From: the human T2T-CHM13v2.0 reference genome, Homo sapiens
Strand: one strand, 5' to 3'
Length of the DNA stretch: 64,000 nt
NCBI RefSeq assembly: GCF_009914755.1
Contig: NC_060925.1
Under the pieces are notes generated by a model that was not told the DNA's origin, ran no database searches, and saw only the letters and a program-made list of their open reading frames with translations. The translations under genes were made by a program, and so were the position numbers. Within the stretch, counting starts at the first letter, position 1; every line of letters starts with the position of its first letter. Of the stretch, positions 1 to 13,506 are shown one piece after another.

Positions 1-115
1 TCGGAGGCCGGGCTTGGGCGGAGACTGCGCCGGGGCTGCTGAAAACTAGCCGAGGAGAGCCAGGGAGCCGGAGAGATCGCGCGCCTGCCGCCGCCGGAGC
101 CTGCGAGCCGAGACC
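1..115 (+). other. EPHX1: EPHX1 non-coding alternative first exon (E1-b); 5' end uncertain, may lie before the window
   Basis: Donor ACC|GTAAGC at 115/116; no ATG in the exon; lies ~18.4 kb upstream of exon 2, as expected for the ubiquitous E1-b exon. Confidence 0.8.
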
Positions 116-299
116 GTAAGCGCCCGGGGCCGGCCGGGCCCGCACTCCCCGGACGCAGACGCGGTTCGGGCTCCGCGCGGGCTCGGCCGCCGGGGTGGGC
201 GGCGGGCCGGGGCGCCAAGGGGTCGGGGCTGCGGTCGGCCCGCAGGGGTGCAGAGGGACTTGTAGTTGGTCCGCCCCCAGCTCCTGCCCCGGCCAGGAG

Positions 300-561
300 A
301 CTGCGCGTGCCGCCTACTGGGGGAAGGAGCCTGCAGGCGACCGCGGACTTCTCGCAGGGAATTCCGCGTCCCAGACTGTGGGCGGACGCCGCAGGGAGGG
401 AGGCTCGCGACCCCGAGAGCGCACCGCGTCCCCTGGCCTGGGCGAGCTCTGCTTCCAGGGCCGTGGCTCGCTCGGCGGTGAAATGCACTTAATTTGTCAC
501 CCAAGTCGGAACACTGATTTTCATGCGCGTCCGTGTGAAGAGACCACCAAACAGGCTTTGT
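300..561 (+). other. EPHX1: EPHX1 alternative first exon (E1-b'-like) with two uAUGs (483, 523); 5' boundary approximate
   Basis: Donor TGT|GTGAGC at 561/562. Splicing to 18491 gives uORFs of 26 and 17 codons, in line with my recollection of a uORF-regulated E1-b' variant. Confidence 0.6.
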
Positions 562-927
562 GTGAGCAACATGGCTGTTTATTTCACCTGGGTGCAGGCG
601 GGCTGAGTCCGAAAAGAGTCAGCCAAGGGAGATAGGGGTGGGGCCGTTTTATAGGATTTGGGTAGGTAAAGGAAAATTACAGTCAAAGGGGGGTTCTCTG
701 GCGGGCAGAGTGGGGGGGGGTCACAAGGTGCTCAGTAGGGGAGCTTTTGAGCCAGGATGAGCCAGGAGAAGGAATTTCACAAGACAATGTCATCAGTTAA
801 GGCAGGAACAGGTCATTTTCACTTTTGTGGTGGAATGACATCAGTTAAGGCAGGAACCGGCCATCTGGATGTGTAGGTGCAGGCCACAGGGGATATGATG
901 GCTTAGCTTCGGCTCAGAGGCCTGACA
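519..927 (-). mobile_element. Solo LTR7 (HERV-H LTR)
   Basis: Minus strand reads TGTCAGGCCTCTGAGCC...GGACGCGCATGAAA. Duplicated U3 motif (catcagttaaggcaggaac at 791-809 and 839-857), TATAAAA (647-653) and AATAAA (578-583). Perfect 5-bp TSD CTGAT at 514-518 and 928-932. Confidence 0.93.
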
Positions 928-1789
928 CTGATCACACCTTTTAGTTGAAATGCGCTTTCATCTCCATCTGCTGCCGCAGCCGCCGCCCCGCACCCCCTCG
1001 CTCTGGTCTCGGGATTGAAGGCCAGCCCTCTCCTCTTGTAGAACAGGAAACTTGCCCGGGAGTTCACCTTGTAGTTGAAGCCAGGGAATGTGGTCAACCT
1101 GAGCAAAAGCGCCGCGGAGACCGAGTGGCCGCCTGCCTCCCTCCCTGGCAGATGTCGGTTTTCTCTGAGCTTCTGGCTCCTTCCTTGCCCTGGCGGCTCC
1201 CGAGATCTTGGAGGTGGGGTGCCTAGCAATGTTGTAATCCTAATTTTGACTTTTTTTTCTTAAAGTTGAATGCCCCCTCCATAGCCCACCTCCCATTGTT
1301 TAAACTTCAGGTTCCGCAAAGCCTGGATCCGCCCCTACAGGCAACACTCGTTGTCCTGGAAGTTCTGTGAGGGCTCAGCTTGTGGCTGGAGGTGGGAGGT
1401 GAGGGGGACCCATGCACTTGGCAGGCCCGCTTCCAGGACAGCCCTTTGCTGGGATTGATGAGCTGTTGGTGGAAAATTGTTGAGGACCTTGGGGTTGGTG
1501 GCTGTTTCGGTACCACTGTGCAGCCTCCTCTGCATCCAGCATAATTTAAAATAAACATTTTCAGGAAGCCACACTTCTCCAGAAAGTAACATTGTTTTCT
1601 GGTGTAACGGTTGCCTCCTTCAGGGAGCTAGGTTTGGGGGATAATAGGGGGCCTTTCACTGGCCCCACTTGGTCTGACTTAGCAGCAAAAACTCTGCGAG
1701 TGCTCTCCAAGCAGTTTTTCTTTCCCAAATTTCCACACCTAGGAGGCGCTGAGGAGGCATGGGCGGTACTTAGGAACTGCTCACTGTGG

Positions 1790-2070
1790 AACTGAGGCAC
1801 AGCGGGGAGCATGCCCTCGTGGGATTTGCAGTTCTAGGGGCAGAGGGATAATAAACAAAATACATTTGTAAACTATAAAGTATGTTAGAAGATGATGTGT
1901 AATATGGAGATAAATAAAACTTTAAAGAGGGGAGAGGAGTGCCAGGTGGAAAGGGAAGGCCTCACTGAAGGGTGGCACTGGCATAGACCTGAAGAGTTAG
2001 GGAGCAGCCAAGCTGCTGCCTGGGGTGCAGGTGCAAAGGCTGGGGGCAGGAGTGTGCCCAGCTTGAATGG
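1790..2070 (-). mobile_element. L2 fragment
   Basis: Degenerate L2a-like motifs (agggaaggcctcactgaag...agacctgaag...tgcaaaggc...gcaggagtgtgcc). Confidence 0.5.
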
Positions 2071-2889
2071 CCTGATGTTTGTGTTTGCAGAGTGTGGGTC
2101 AAGCTGATGAGTGACCTACTGGATAAACTGAACTAGCTCAGTCTGTAAGTGAGGGGACTCCTGAGCTTTCTGCGGCCTTCTTCCCAATTCCAGGAAAGGA
2201 AGGACCTTCCACAGAAAATAACTGCTCAGCAAGACAGCCAGGGTGAACCTCAGCACCATCTGTGACAAGCCACATGCTCTCTGCGTGATGCCTCCTGCCT
2301 CTCAGCTGTGCCTGAAGCACACTAGCTGGCATGGACTTACGCGGCTGGGAACATCTTCAGGAAGCCCTGAATGAGGGCTCTGTGGGCAGAGGGACCTTTG
2401 CAGAAAGGGCATCTTGACCACTGCAGGAGGTGGAGTGACTCTCCTGGGGTGTCCTGGTTCCTGCCTGATGTCTTAAGCATAACTGGCATTTTCAGGGAGC
2501 CCAGGTTCACCAATGCACAGTGCCCCTCCTGTCGACCTGATACCCAGGCTTGGTGATTGCTCACCTGGCACCTTGATTCCCGTTCTGGTATCTTGGCCCA
2601 GGCCCAGACATGTGAAAGCAGGGGCTACCGAGATTCATTTCTCAGTTCTTACGCCAAGAGGTTCAACCACATGGATCACAGCTGGGTGTACCAAATAAGG
2701 GAGGACCAAGCATGAGCTGGTCACCCCTGCTGAAGAAGTAGCTCGAAGCCCACCCACTCGGGGACAGAGTGGGCACAGATGGGATAGACAGATAGTGATT
2801 CGAGAGGTGCCTAGGATCTCATACTGAAAACCCACCTCTGCTAGGGCCATAAATCCCATCAACAGCAATTCATTCCTTTGAGAGGTAAT

Positions 2890-3045
2890 ACAGTGATGTG
2901 GGAAGAGGATTGGGCTGGAAAAAAGACTTGGCTCATGTCCCAGCTCTGCCATTAATGTGTCCCCTCTCTGGACCTCATCTGTAAAATGAGGTTAGGCTCA
3001 GCGATCTGCAGGCCTTCTTGCAGCTCTGCTATGTGATGATTCTGT
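2890..3045 (+). mobile_element. MIR fragment
   Basis: MIR core ctctctggacctcatctgtaaaatgagg, preceded by cccagctctgcca. Confidence 0.6.
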
Positions 3046-4066
3046 GGCAAAGTCTGAAGGGATTTCAGGAAAGGAATGTGTAGGAGGGAAACAGTAAGTT
3101 TTGAAGGGACTCAGTGGGCCCTGTAGCCTCTGCTGGGTCCAGTGAAGACACTTCAACTAGAGTGAAGGCCCTGGCCACAGGGTAGGGGAGGCAAAATCTT
3201 AAGAGTTCAAGGGCCCTGAGTCAAGGCAGGAGGGTCACTGCCCAGCCCAGCTGGCCCCCTGGGCTGCCTGTGTGTGGTTCTTGACCCAGACCTAGTGGCT
3301 TAGGAGCAGAGTCTCCAAGGGGCTGTGGGATAAGGTGGGGATTGCAGGAGGGAGAAGGCACCCCAGCAGTTCCCCCGTTAGGGGACCAAAGCGTTGCCAA
3401 GGATCCAGCCACACCCCTCTCCTGAGGAGGGAGGAGCTGGTGGGCGCTCCAGGAAGAGCTTCCTCTCAACAAGGAGAAAACTGCGCAATCCAATCCTCCG
3501 TTATATAACTGAGCACACGATTGTGCAAACCAAGCTCACACTGAGCAGCCTCCCCTATTGTCAAGGTTTATTTACTTTCCCAGGGGAAGTCATAGTTCAT
3601 CCTTTCTCAGCAGAAAGCAGCCATTTGACTGCCACAGCCTGACCTACGGCATTCCAGGAGATGGGTTCAGAGACCTGGTGTGGAGTCCTCATGCCCACCC
3701 GCCCTGCTGTCTGTGTCTTTCCGTCTGTTGCCTGGTGGGTGGGTGTGGTTTAGTGCATGGTCCAGCCCCCGCACAGCCACACCCATTAGGCTCTCCAAGG
3801 CCTAACTGAGCAAGCTTGCAGAAGAGGGGAAAGTGTTCTTTTCTCTGAGGAGTTAAAGAGACTTCTGGAAAATTCTCCAGCTACTCCACAAACTAGGATC
3901 ACAGGCCTTGTTCTTAGGTCGGGAGCAGGAGTTTTTGCTGCCTTTAGCATTTGGGAAGTTTGATGAATAGAGACTGAATTTGAATGTCTTTTTGGTACTT
4001 AAGAGCTGGATTAACTACTTCACATATCTGAGCTTCATTTTTAATTCTTTTTAAAACAGAAAAAGT

Positions 4067-4335
4067 GGCTGGGCAAGATGGCACACACCTGTAATCCCAG
4101 CATTTTGGGAAGCTGAGGTGGGTGGATCACTTGAGCCCAGGAGTTCTGAGACCAGCCTGGGCAACAAAGTGAGACCTCGTCTCTATAAAGAATAAATTAG
4201 CTGGGAGTGGTGGAGCACACCTGTAATCCCAGCACTTTAGGAAGCTGAGGCAGGAGGATCTCTTGAGCCCAAGAGTTCAAGACCACCCTGGGCAACATAG
4301 CGAGACCCTGTCTCAAATAATTTTTAAAAAGAAAA
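4067..4335 (+). mobile_element. AluJ/FLAM-like element made of two left-type monomers
   Basis: Both halves read ...gagcccaggagtt(c)gagacca(g)cctgggcaac..., and the right-arm insert is absent. Confidence 0.8.
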
Positions 4336-4946
4336 ACTACCTCTTCTTAAGATGGTTGTAGTATGGGAGATGGTGTGTTTAAGTCTTCCCACCCCAGTGT
4401 CACAGCTCAGGGCTTCTCTAGCCTTCCTCACAGCGGTTGGGGGTGCCCAGACACATCCTGAAGTCTAGGCCGTGTTCTGAGTGTCTCTGCCACGGGCCCG
4501 CCTGGCTGGCTTTAGTCCAGGAGCAGCCTGGACTGTGACTCTTGAAGGCTGTGGGAGGCTGGTGACCGGGAGCAGGAGGTCTCAGTGCATCCCTGAAGGG
4601 TCAGAGAGCCATGCCGTGAGAGGCCAGGAGCAGGCAGCCATTGGCCCTCCAGCCCTCACCAAAGGCCACCACCTCAGCTTGTCCTCTGGCAACTCAGCCT
4701 GGGAATTTGCTTTCCCTGTGGAACGAGAGACACTGGCCGCATTGAGGGGTGACTTTCCGGTCCTACAAAATTGTAGCCCTCTTTCTGCTAGAACTGGTGA
4801 GACTTGGCTAATTTCGGAGAGACTTTAGGAAAGTAAGAGAAATACATTGGTCCCAGTGCCAAGCCCCAAGGCCATCTTTCCAGGTATGGGTATATCCTGC
4901 AGTGATAAGAGAAGACTGACTCTTACCAGCTCTTTGGGGGAAATGA

Positions 4947-5498
<552 letters not shown>

Positions 5499-5730
5499 GA
5501 GATGGAACATCTTAATTTCAGAGTTGCCTTCAGGACTGTTGATTGAACCCCATAAATATTTTTAGTCTTTTGGGACTTTTAAACTCCTTTTTGAAACCTA
5601 AGCATTGCCACAAACAAACTAACCTTCACCACGACCAAACAACCCAGAACTCGGACCCTGGTCCTCGGGCTGCCCTACAGGAAGCACCCCTAGTCCTCTT
5701 GCTGCTCTGCTAGATGAGACAGCAGGCTCA

Positions 5731-6297
<567 letters not shown>

Positions 6298-7789
6298 AGA
6301 GAATGTCAAGGACTGAAATTGCATAGAGGGCAATGCTTTTTCTTTATAGGTGGTGAACTGGGTTCTGCTTGAGTTTTTTCTCTGGTAATTTAGAACCAAT
6401 GGAAGCAACTCAACAGCTCTAATTTTAATTGGCAGAATGTGAGATGGAATGGGACCTCAAATGAAACTCCAGGCCAAGAGCTCATGAGCCCTGCAGCATG
6501 TGGGGCATCTCTCGGTCTTCTTGAGTTCTGTAACTTAAAGTTTGTGTGGCCTTTAAAGAGTGTGGAAGTAGCCGTCCCCTCTCCGAAGGTGCACAGGATT
6601 TGGCCAGCCCACCCGCGTGGCCTTCCCCTTCCCCTCTCCAGACCCTCCACAGCAGATGGGGCCACGGAGGCCTGGAGAAGTGGAGTCACTGACCTGAGGC
6701 TACATGGCTGGCAGGCAGCAGGGCCAGGCAGCAAAGCAGGCAGTGAGGGCCTAACTGCCCGCGGGCTGGCTCGGGGCTCCCTCAACCACATTGGCATCCC
6801 AGTGCCAATCCCAAATTGTTTTCTTTCTATCTCTCCAGACATGTAGATAGCATGGAGGTGGAGGGAATTCCCTCCCACACAGAGGGCGATATGCCCCAGA
6901 ACAGCACTCCTGCCCCCAAGAAGGCTGTCTCCTGACACTTTTTACTGCTCTTTTACTCTCCCCCAGCTTTTTTTTTCCTGCTTGTAAACTGCATTTTTCC
7001 TTTCCCTTGGTTTCTGGCTCTAAGCTGTTTTCCCAGGGCTTGGCTCCGGCGCTTGCACAGAGATAAACACGGCCATTGGCCTGGTGCACAATCCCAGCTT
7101 GCCTGCATCCGGCCTCTTCCATCCTGAGTCTCCAGGGGTCCCTGGGGTTCAGGGACAATGGCTGAGGGAGAAGCTGGGAGTTCCCCCCAGGGTTTGCCTC
7201 CGTCACTCTTGGGCCAGCCAAGGGAGTGGGGCTGGGAGCTTCAGGATGGCTTTTGGGAAGCCCCTGGGAGCCCCAAGGCTTGGGTAGCTGCTGACAGGGA
7301 GTTCACAGCAGGAACGCTCCCAGGCTCCCATCCTGCGTCCGCTTGGCAGGCAGGCCAGGAATGGGAGGGAAGCCATCCGTTTTTCCCTTTCCACTGGATG
7401 TTCCCTTCGCCTTCCCCAGGGAGGAGTGATGAGGCTGGGGTGCTGGGGAGGGCAGTATGGGGGCAGGCTTGGGACCAGGCCTGCAGAAGCAGCAGACCCT
7501 CCAAGCCCACCTACCTCTCTGGCCTGGCATCTGAGGGGCAGGTCATGCCATAGTTTTTCCCTTACCCTCTCTGCCCCCACACTTTCCTCCCCAAAGTGGC
7601 AGACTTCCCCCAGGAGAAGCACTGGCTTTTCACGCTGCTGTGAGTCTCAGTCACTATTAGAGAAACACAGTCAGAGCCAGGCCTGCCCAACTGTCGCAGG
7701 GCTGGGTCCACCTCATGGCCTTTGTTCTGGAAAAATACTTGGGCATTCTGCCCTGCAATGCACTTAGCCAAGGCCGGGCACATGGCAAG

Positions 7790-7800
7790 TGCTGAGTCAT
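7790..7800 (-). promoter_or_regulatory. Consensus NRF2/sMAF antioxidant response element (ATGACTCAGCA) in EPHX1 intron 1
   Basis: tgctgagtcat on the + strand is a perfect RTGACTCAGCA on the - strand; EPHX1 is a known NRF2-responsive gene. Confidence 0.65.
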
Positions 7801-8188
7801 GGCCGGCTAGCACTTTACTGCGATTTTAGGAGCACTTTCTTGTGGTGAGGTTCTGACTGCTTGCTTGGGTTGGGGGAGGGGAGTCTTTGGGCAGGCGGTA
7901 GACCTGCCCTTTACTTTGTGTGGCCGGATCTGAGTCTGACCCCATCTTTTTAGACCCAAAACCCTGATATTTGTAGTGCGCCTAGGATACTGGTTCTCCA
8001 GTCTTCTTTGGGGTCAGGGGGCGTTATAGTGCCTCATGCCACCTACTCAGCCCTCTTCCTGCATCTTATGGTCTGTCTCTACCAACTAGGCTAAGTAGGT
8101 TATATTTATTATTCCTCAAGGGGAATTCAGCTCTTCTTGTTCAAAAGTTCTGATTAATTTTCTATGCTCTCATTCAAAGAATTTTTAA

Positions 8189-9500
<1,312 letters not shown>

Positions 9501-9860
9501 GATGCACTGGAGAAAATTTTGACACAAGGTACTGTCTGGGCCCCAGGTGGCTCTGCTCTAATACATTTATAACTCTTTGTCCGCACTTAATCACTCTGTC
9601 ATACTTAGCTGCCAGGGGGCCAAGAAATGTCAAGTGTTTGGCTGGTCTTCTCCAACTAAAATTAAAAATCCTTTGCTAAGGAAGAAGGAGAGAACATTGC
9701 TAGCAGTCTGCCTCAACATCCCAATCTGATGGCGTATTTGCCGCAGCCACCAGCTCATCAAGGACAGCTGCGGTGAACCTTTGAGTTCTGAGTAATCTCC
9801 TGTCTGGGCCACCTTTCTTCACTCAACCACAAAATCCTCACATTCCCAAGTATATTTTCT

Positions 9861-10154
9861 TTCTTTCTTTTTTTTGTTTTTTTGAGACAGAGTCTTGCTG
9901 TGTTCCCCAGGCTGGAGTGCAGTGGTGTGATCTTGGCTCACTGCAACCTCCGCCTCCTGGGTTCAAGCAATTCTCCCTGCCTCAGCCTCCTGAGTAGCTG
10001 GGATTACAGGCATGCCCGGCTAATTTTTGTATTTTTAGTAGAGACGGAGTTTCACCATGTTGGCCAGGCTGGTCTTGAACTCCTGACCTCAGGTGATCTG
10101 CCCACCTTGGCCTCCAAAGTGCTGGGATTACAAGCATGAGCCACCACGCCTGTC
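9861..10154 (-). mobile_element. AluSx-like
   Basis: TSD cccaagtatattttct at 9845-9860 and 10155-10170. Confidence 0.9.
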
Positions 10155-10379
10155 CCCAAGTATATTTTCTTAGCTCACTCTTTTCAGCATGTAATTTACA
10201 GAAGGGTAATCTGAATTGTAAACACGATTTCTAAGTTAAAACTCCTGGGTCAGCTCGTGATGAAGTAGCAATTTATAAAAGAGATAGTATAGTAATAAAT
10301 GAGACAACTACACTCGGAAATGTGGAATCATCAACTCTTATGCGAAAATAGCCTATGAGACTCTTGTGTTTTTTCATTC

Positions 10380-10735
10380 ATGCCATGCGCTTCCTCACTT
10401 CCATCCCATTCCATTCCACATGCTCTTCTTTCTGCCTGGATTATTCCCATTCCACCATTATTTTTCTCCTGGTAAACTCCTATTCATACTTAAAAACCCT
10501 GCTCAATGACCCCTTCTCTGTGAAAACTTTGTGGCAAAACCTAACCACTTCTGCTTGTGCACACTTCTCTTCCATCTGTGTGCATATAGTATGTGTCTAT
10601 AACTGGAAGGGTGTTTATCTGTTATCCGTTTGTCTGCCCTGCTAAAGTGTGAGCTCCTACAGTTACAGGGTTGTGTGTTAGTCCTGGTGCCTGCACAGTA
10701 CCCAGCCAGTAGTTACACTCAGTGTTGCTGAACCA
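10380..10735 (+). mobile_element. L2 3' fragment
   Basis: aaactcctattcatacttaaaaaccctgctcaa...tgtgagctcc...cctgcacagtacccagcc resembles an L2 3' end. Confidence 0.5.
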
Positions 10736-11019
10736 ACCTCTGGTCCAAAAACATGTTTATACTTGCTTTTCCAAGGCGCCAATCCAAATCTCTTATTTAC
10801 TTTAAAAAACAAATAACTTCTTGGCACTTTAAAAACCACATTCAAATAACAGAAAAAGAGTTCATTTGAACTTTAAGTATCAATCTTAAAATGAATTGTA
10901 TGTTTTAAAACTTGACTTAGTGACATCACTTAAGAGAATTTTTAAAAAGCAAACTTTTATTTTTACCCCAGTGTAACAAATATTAAGTTCCATTAAATTA
11001 TTAAACTGATCTACCTTTT

Positions 11020-11702
<683 letters not shown>

Positions 11703-12825
11703 TAAACACAAGTAAACTAACAAGTACTCTACTTGTATCATTTGTTGTTTTCTAACAGTTTACATTTAGTCCATCTTTGAAGGGTAAAGACCATTGATTG
11801 CTCATCTAACTTCTTCACCTTGAACTTAGTGAGATTTTCTTCCACCTTTCACAAATGCATGCCCAAAATTTGACTTCAGTGTAGAATTGGAATTAAAATG
11901 TATGCAATCCCATTTCTTACAGTAGGAGCCAAATGTTCATCAAGTTCCCCTCTGAGCTCAGTATCTTGTAGCTAAATGACCACTATCTTCCAGTCACGTT
12001 TTTAAAAAAAATCATGCTGGTTTGCAACAAAAATTGTATTTTCTTTACTAGGCAAGTGAACCATTTTGTTGGGAAGAGTACCTTGGCTTCGAGAAAAAAA
12101 TGATTTCATTCTGAAAGGCTTCCCCTCCAACCCCCTCCTGCACAAACTCTCAGCCCAGTAACTTGTCAGTATTCTGGAAAAGTGCATTACAAAACAAAAA
12201 CTCGAATCAGATAAAATATATCTCTGGAACTTTTGAGGCAGATCAATGAAGCTCTGATTTCAGGTGCTAGCAAAATAAAGCAGGCACTCTCATTTTGTAT
12301 TGTTTTACTTCTCAGTTTTTCATGGTGTCTCCTAAACTTTGATGTTTTGAAGAAGTTCTAATGTTTGCTACATCAGCAGGAGCTGACCACAGGGAAGAGA
12401 TAAATATAGCTCTCCTTGGAAAGGTGAAGGCTTAGCCACCAGAATTCTGCCCCTTGATGCTGAGAATGCACCTTCTCCGAACAGATGGAAAAGAGGGGTG
12501 GAGATTACCCCAGGGACATATCTTGCAAAATGCTGATACCCGAAGATGTACATAGCCTTGTGCTTTGGTCATCCTCCCAAATCATGTCCTTGGTGAAGGC
12601 ACATGGAGAGGAGAGCAGATGCTGCCAGACCACGGTGCCTGACGCCATGCACTCCCTCACGTCCAGCCTGTTTATGTGCACACGGCTGCAGCGGGACCTT
12701 GGGGTGTGGGCTAAATAACAAGAACAGGGGCTCCTCTGGGGTCTGTTACAAGGCAGAGATGCTCCACGGTAATTAGGGATTTAGGGGAAGAGGAAGGAAC
12801 ACACATGTTGATAATAAGTAGTTCA

Positions 12826-13097
12826 ACATTATTATCCCCATTTTACAGATGCAGCTACTGAGCTTAGAGAGGTTTCATAACTTGCCCAGAGCCCCTCAAC
12901 TAGTAAACAGTGGAGCCGAGATTTGAACGACCCAAAGAGGAAAGCAAACAAGCAGCCCCTTTATTACTTTTTTTTTTTTTAAGATGAGGGTCTTGCTATG
13001 TTGCCCAGGCTGATATTGAATTCCTGGCCACAAGTGATTCACCACCTTGGCCCCACGAAGTACTGGGATTACAGTCATGAGCTACCACACTGGGCCA
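12826..13097 (-). mobile_element. MIR (12826-12935) plus FLAM monomer (12968-13097)
   Basis: attatccccattttacagatg...acttgcccag is the MIR core; then poly-T and a single left monomer. Confidence 0.75.
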
Positions 13098-13506
13098 AAG
13101 CCCTCGTATTGTAACCTCCAAGATGTTTTCATTTCTAAAGTCAAAGGTTGTCAGAGTTGCTGTTTTGCAGGGAGCCATGGGATGGGGAGTCTCCGGGAAA
13201 CCCAGGCTGGCTCCTTAAATGGCATCACCCAAGTTGGCCATCAAGCTTCCCCAGACTCAGTCACTCGGCCCCCTCTTTCCCTGGCTGTAGAGCAGGGGTT
13301 TGGACTCGAGGCTGCTGAGTTCCTCTCCAGCTTCCATGCCCAGTGGCAGTGACTTATCAACTGGCCCACCCGGTGGATGTAGGGGTGATGCAGCCCTGCT
13401 CTGTCCTCTTGAGTGCTGGGTGGCCATGAGAGAGGGAGGCCATGAGAGGGAGGGGAGGGTTCTCATCTGCTTAGTGCCACCCCCTCCCCAGCCCACCCCA
13501 GGTCCT

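Larger units (their letters stand above)
1..1200. promoter_or_regulatory. EPHX1: CpG island / GC-rich far-upstream (E1-b type) EPHX1 promoter-proximal region, split by a solo LTR7
   Basis: Very high GC and CpG density at 1-480 and again at ~965-1200; GC boxes (gggcgg) and no TATA. Confidence 0.8.

Noticed and set aside
46-635. Overlapping 146-152 aa ORFs at the window start
   Set aside because: Expected in a CpG island (few stop codons), with non-ATG starts; only the ATG-initiated uORF segments are retained as a finding.
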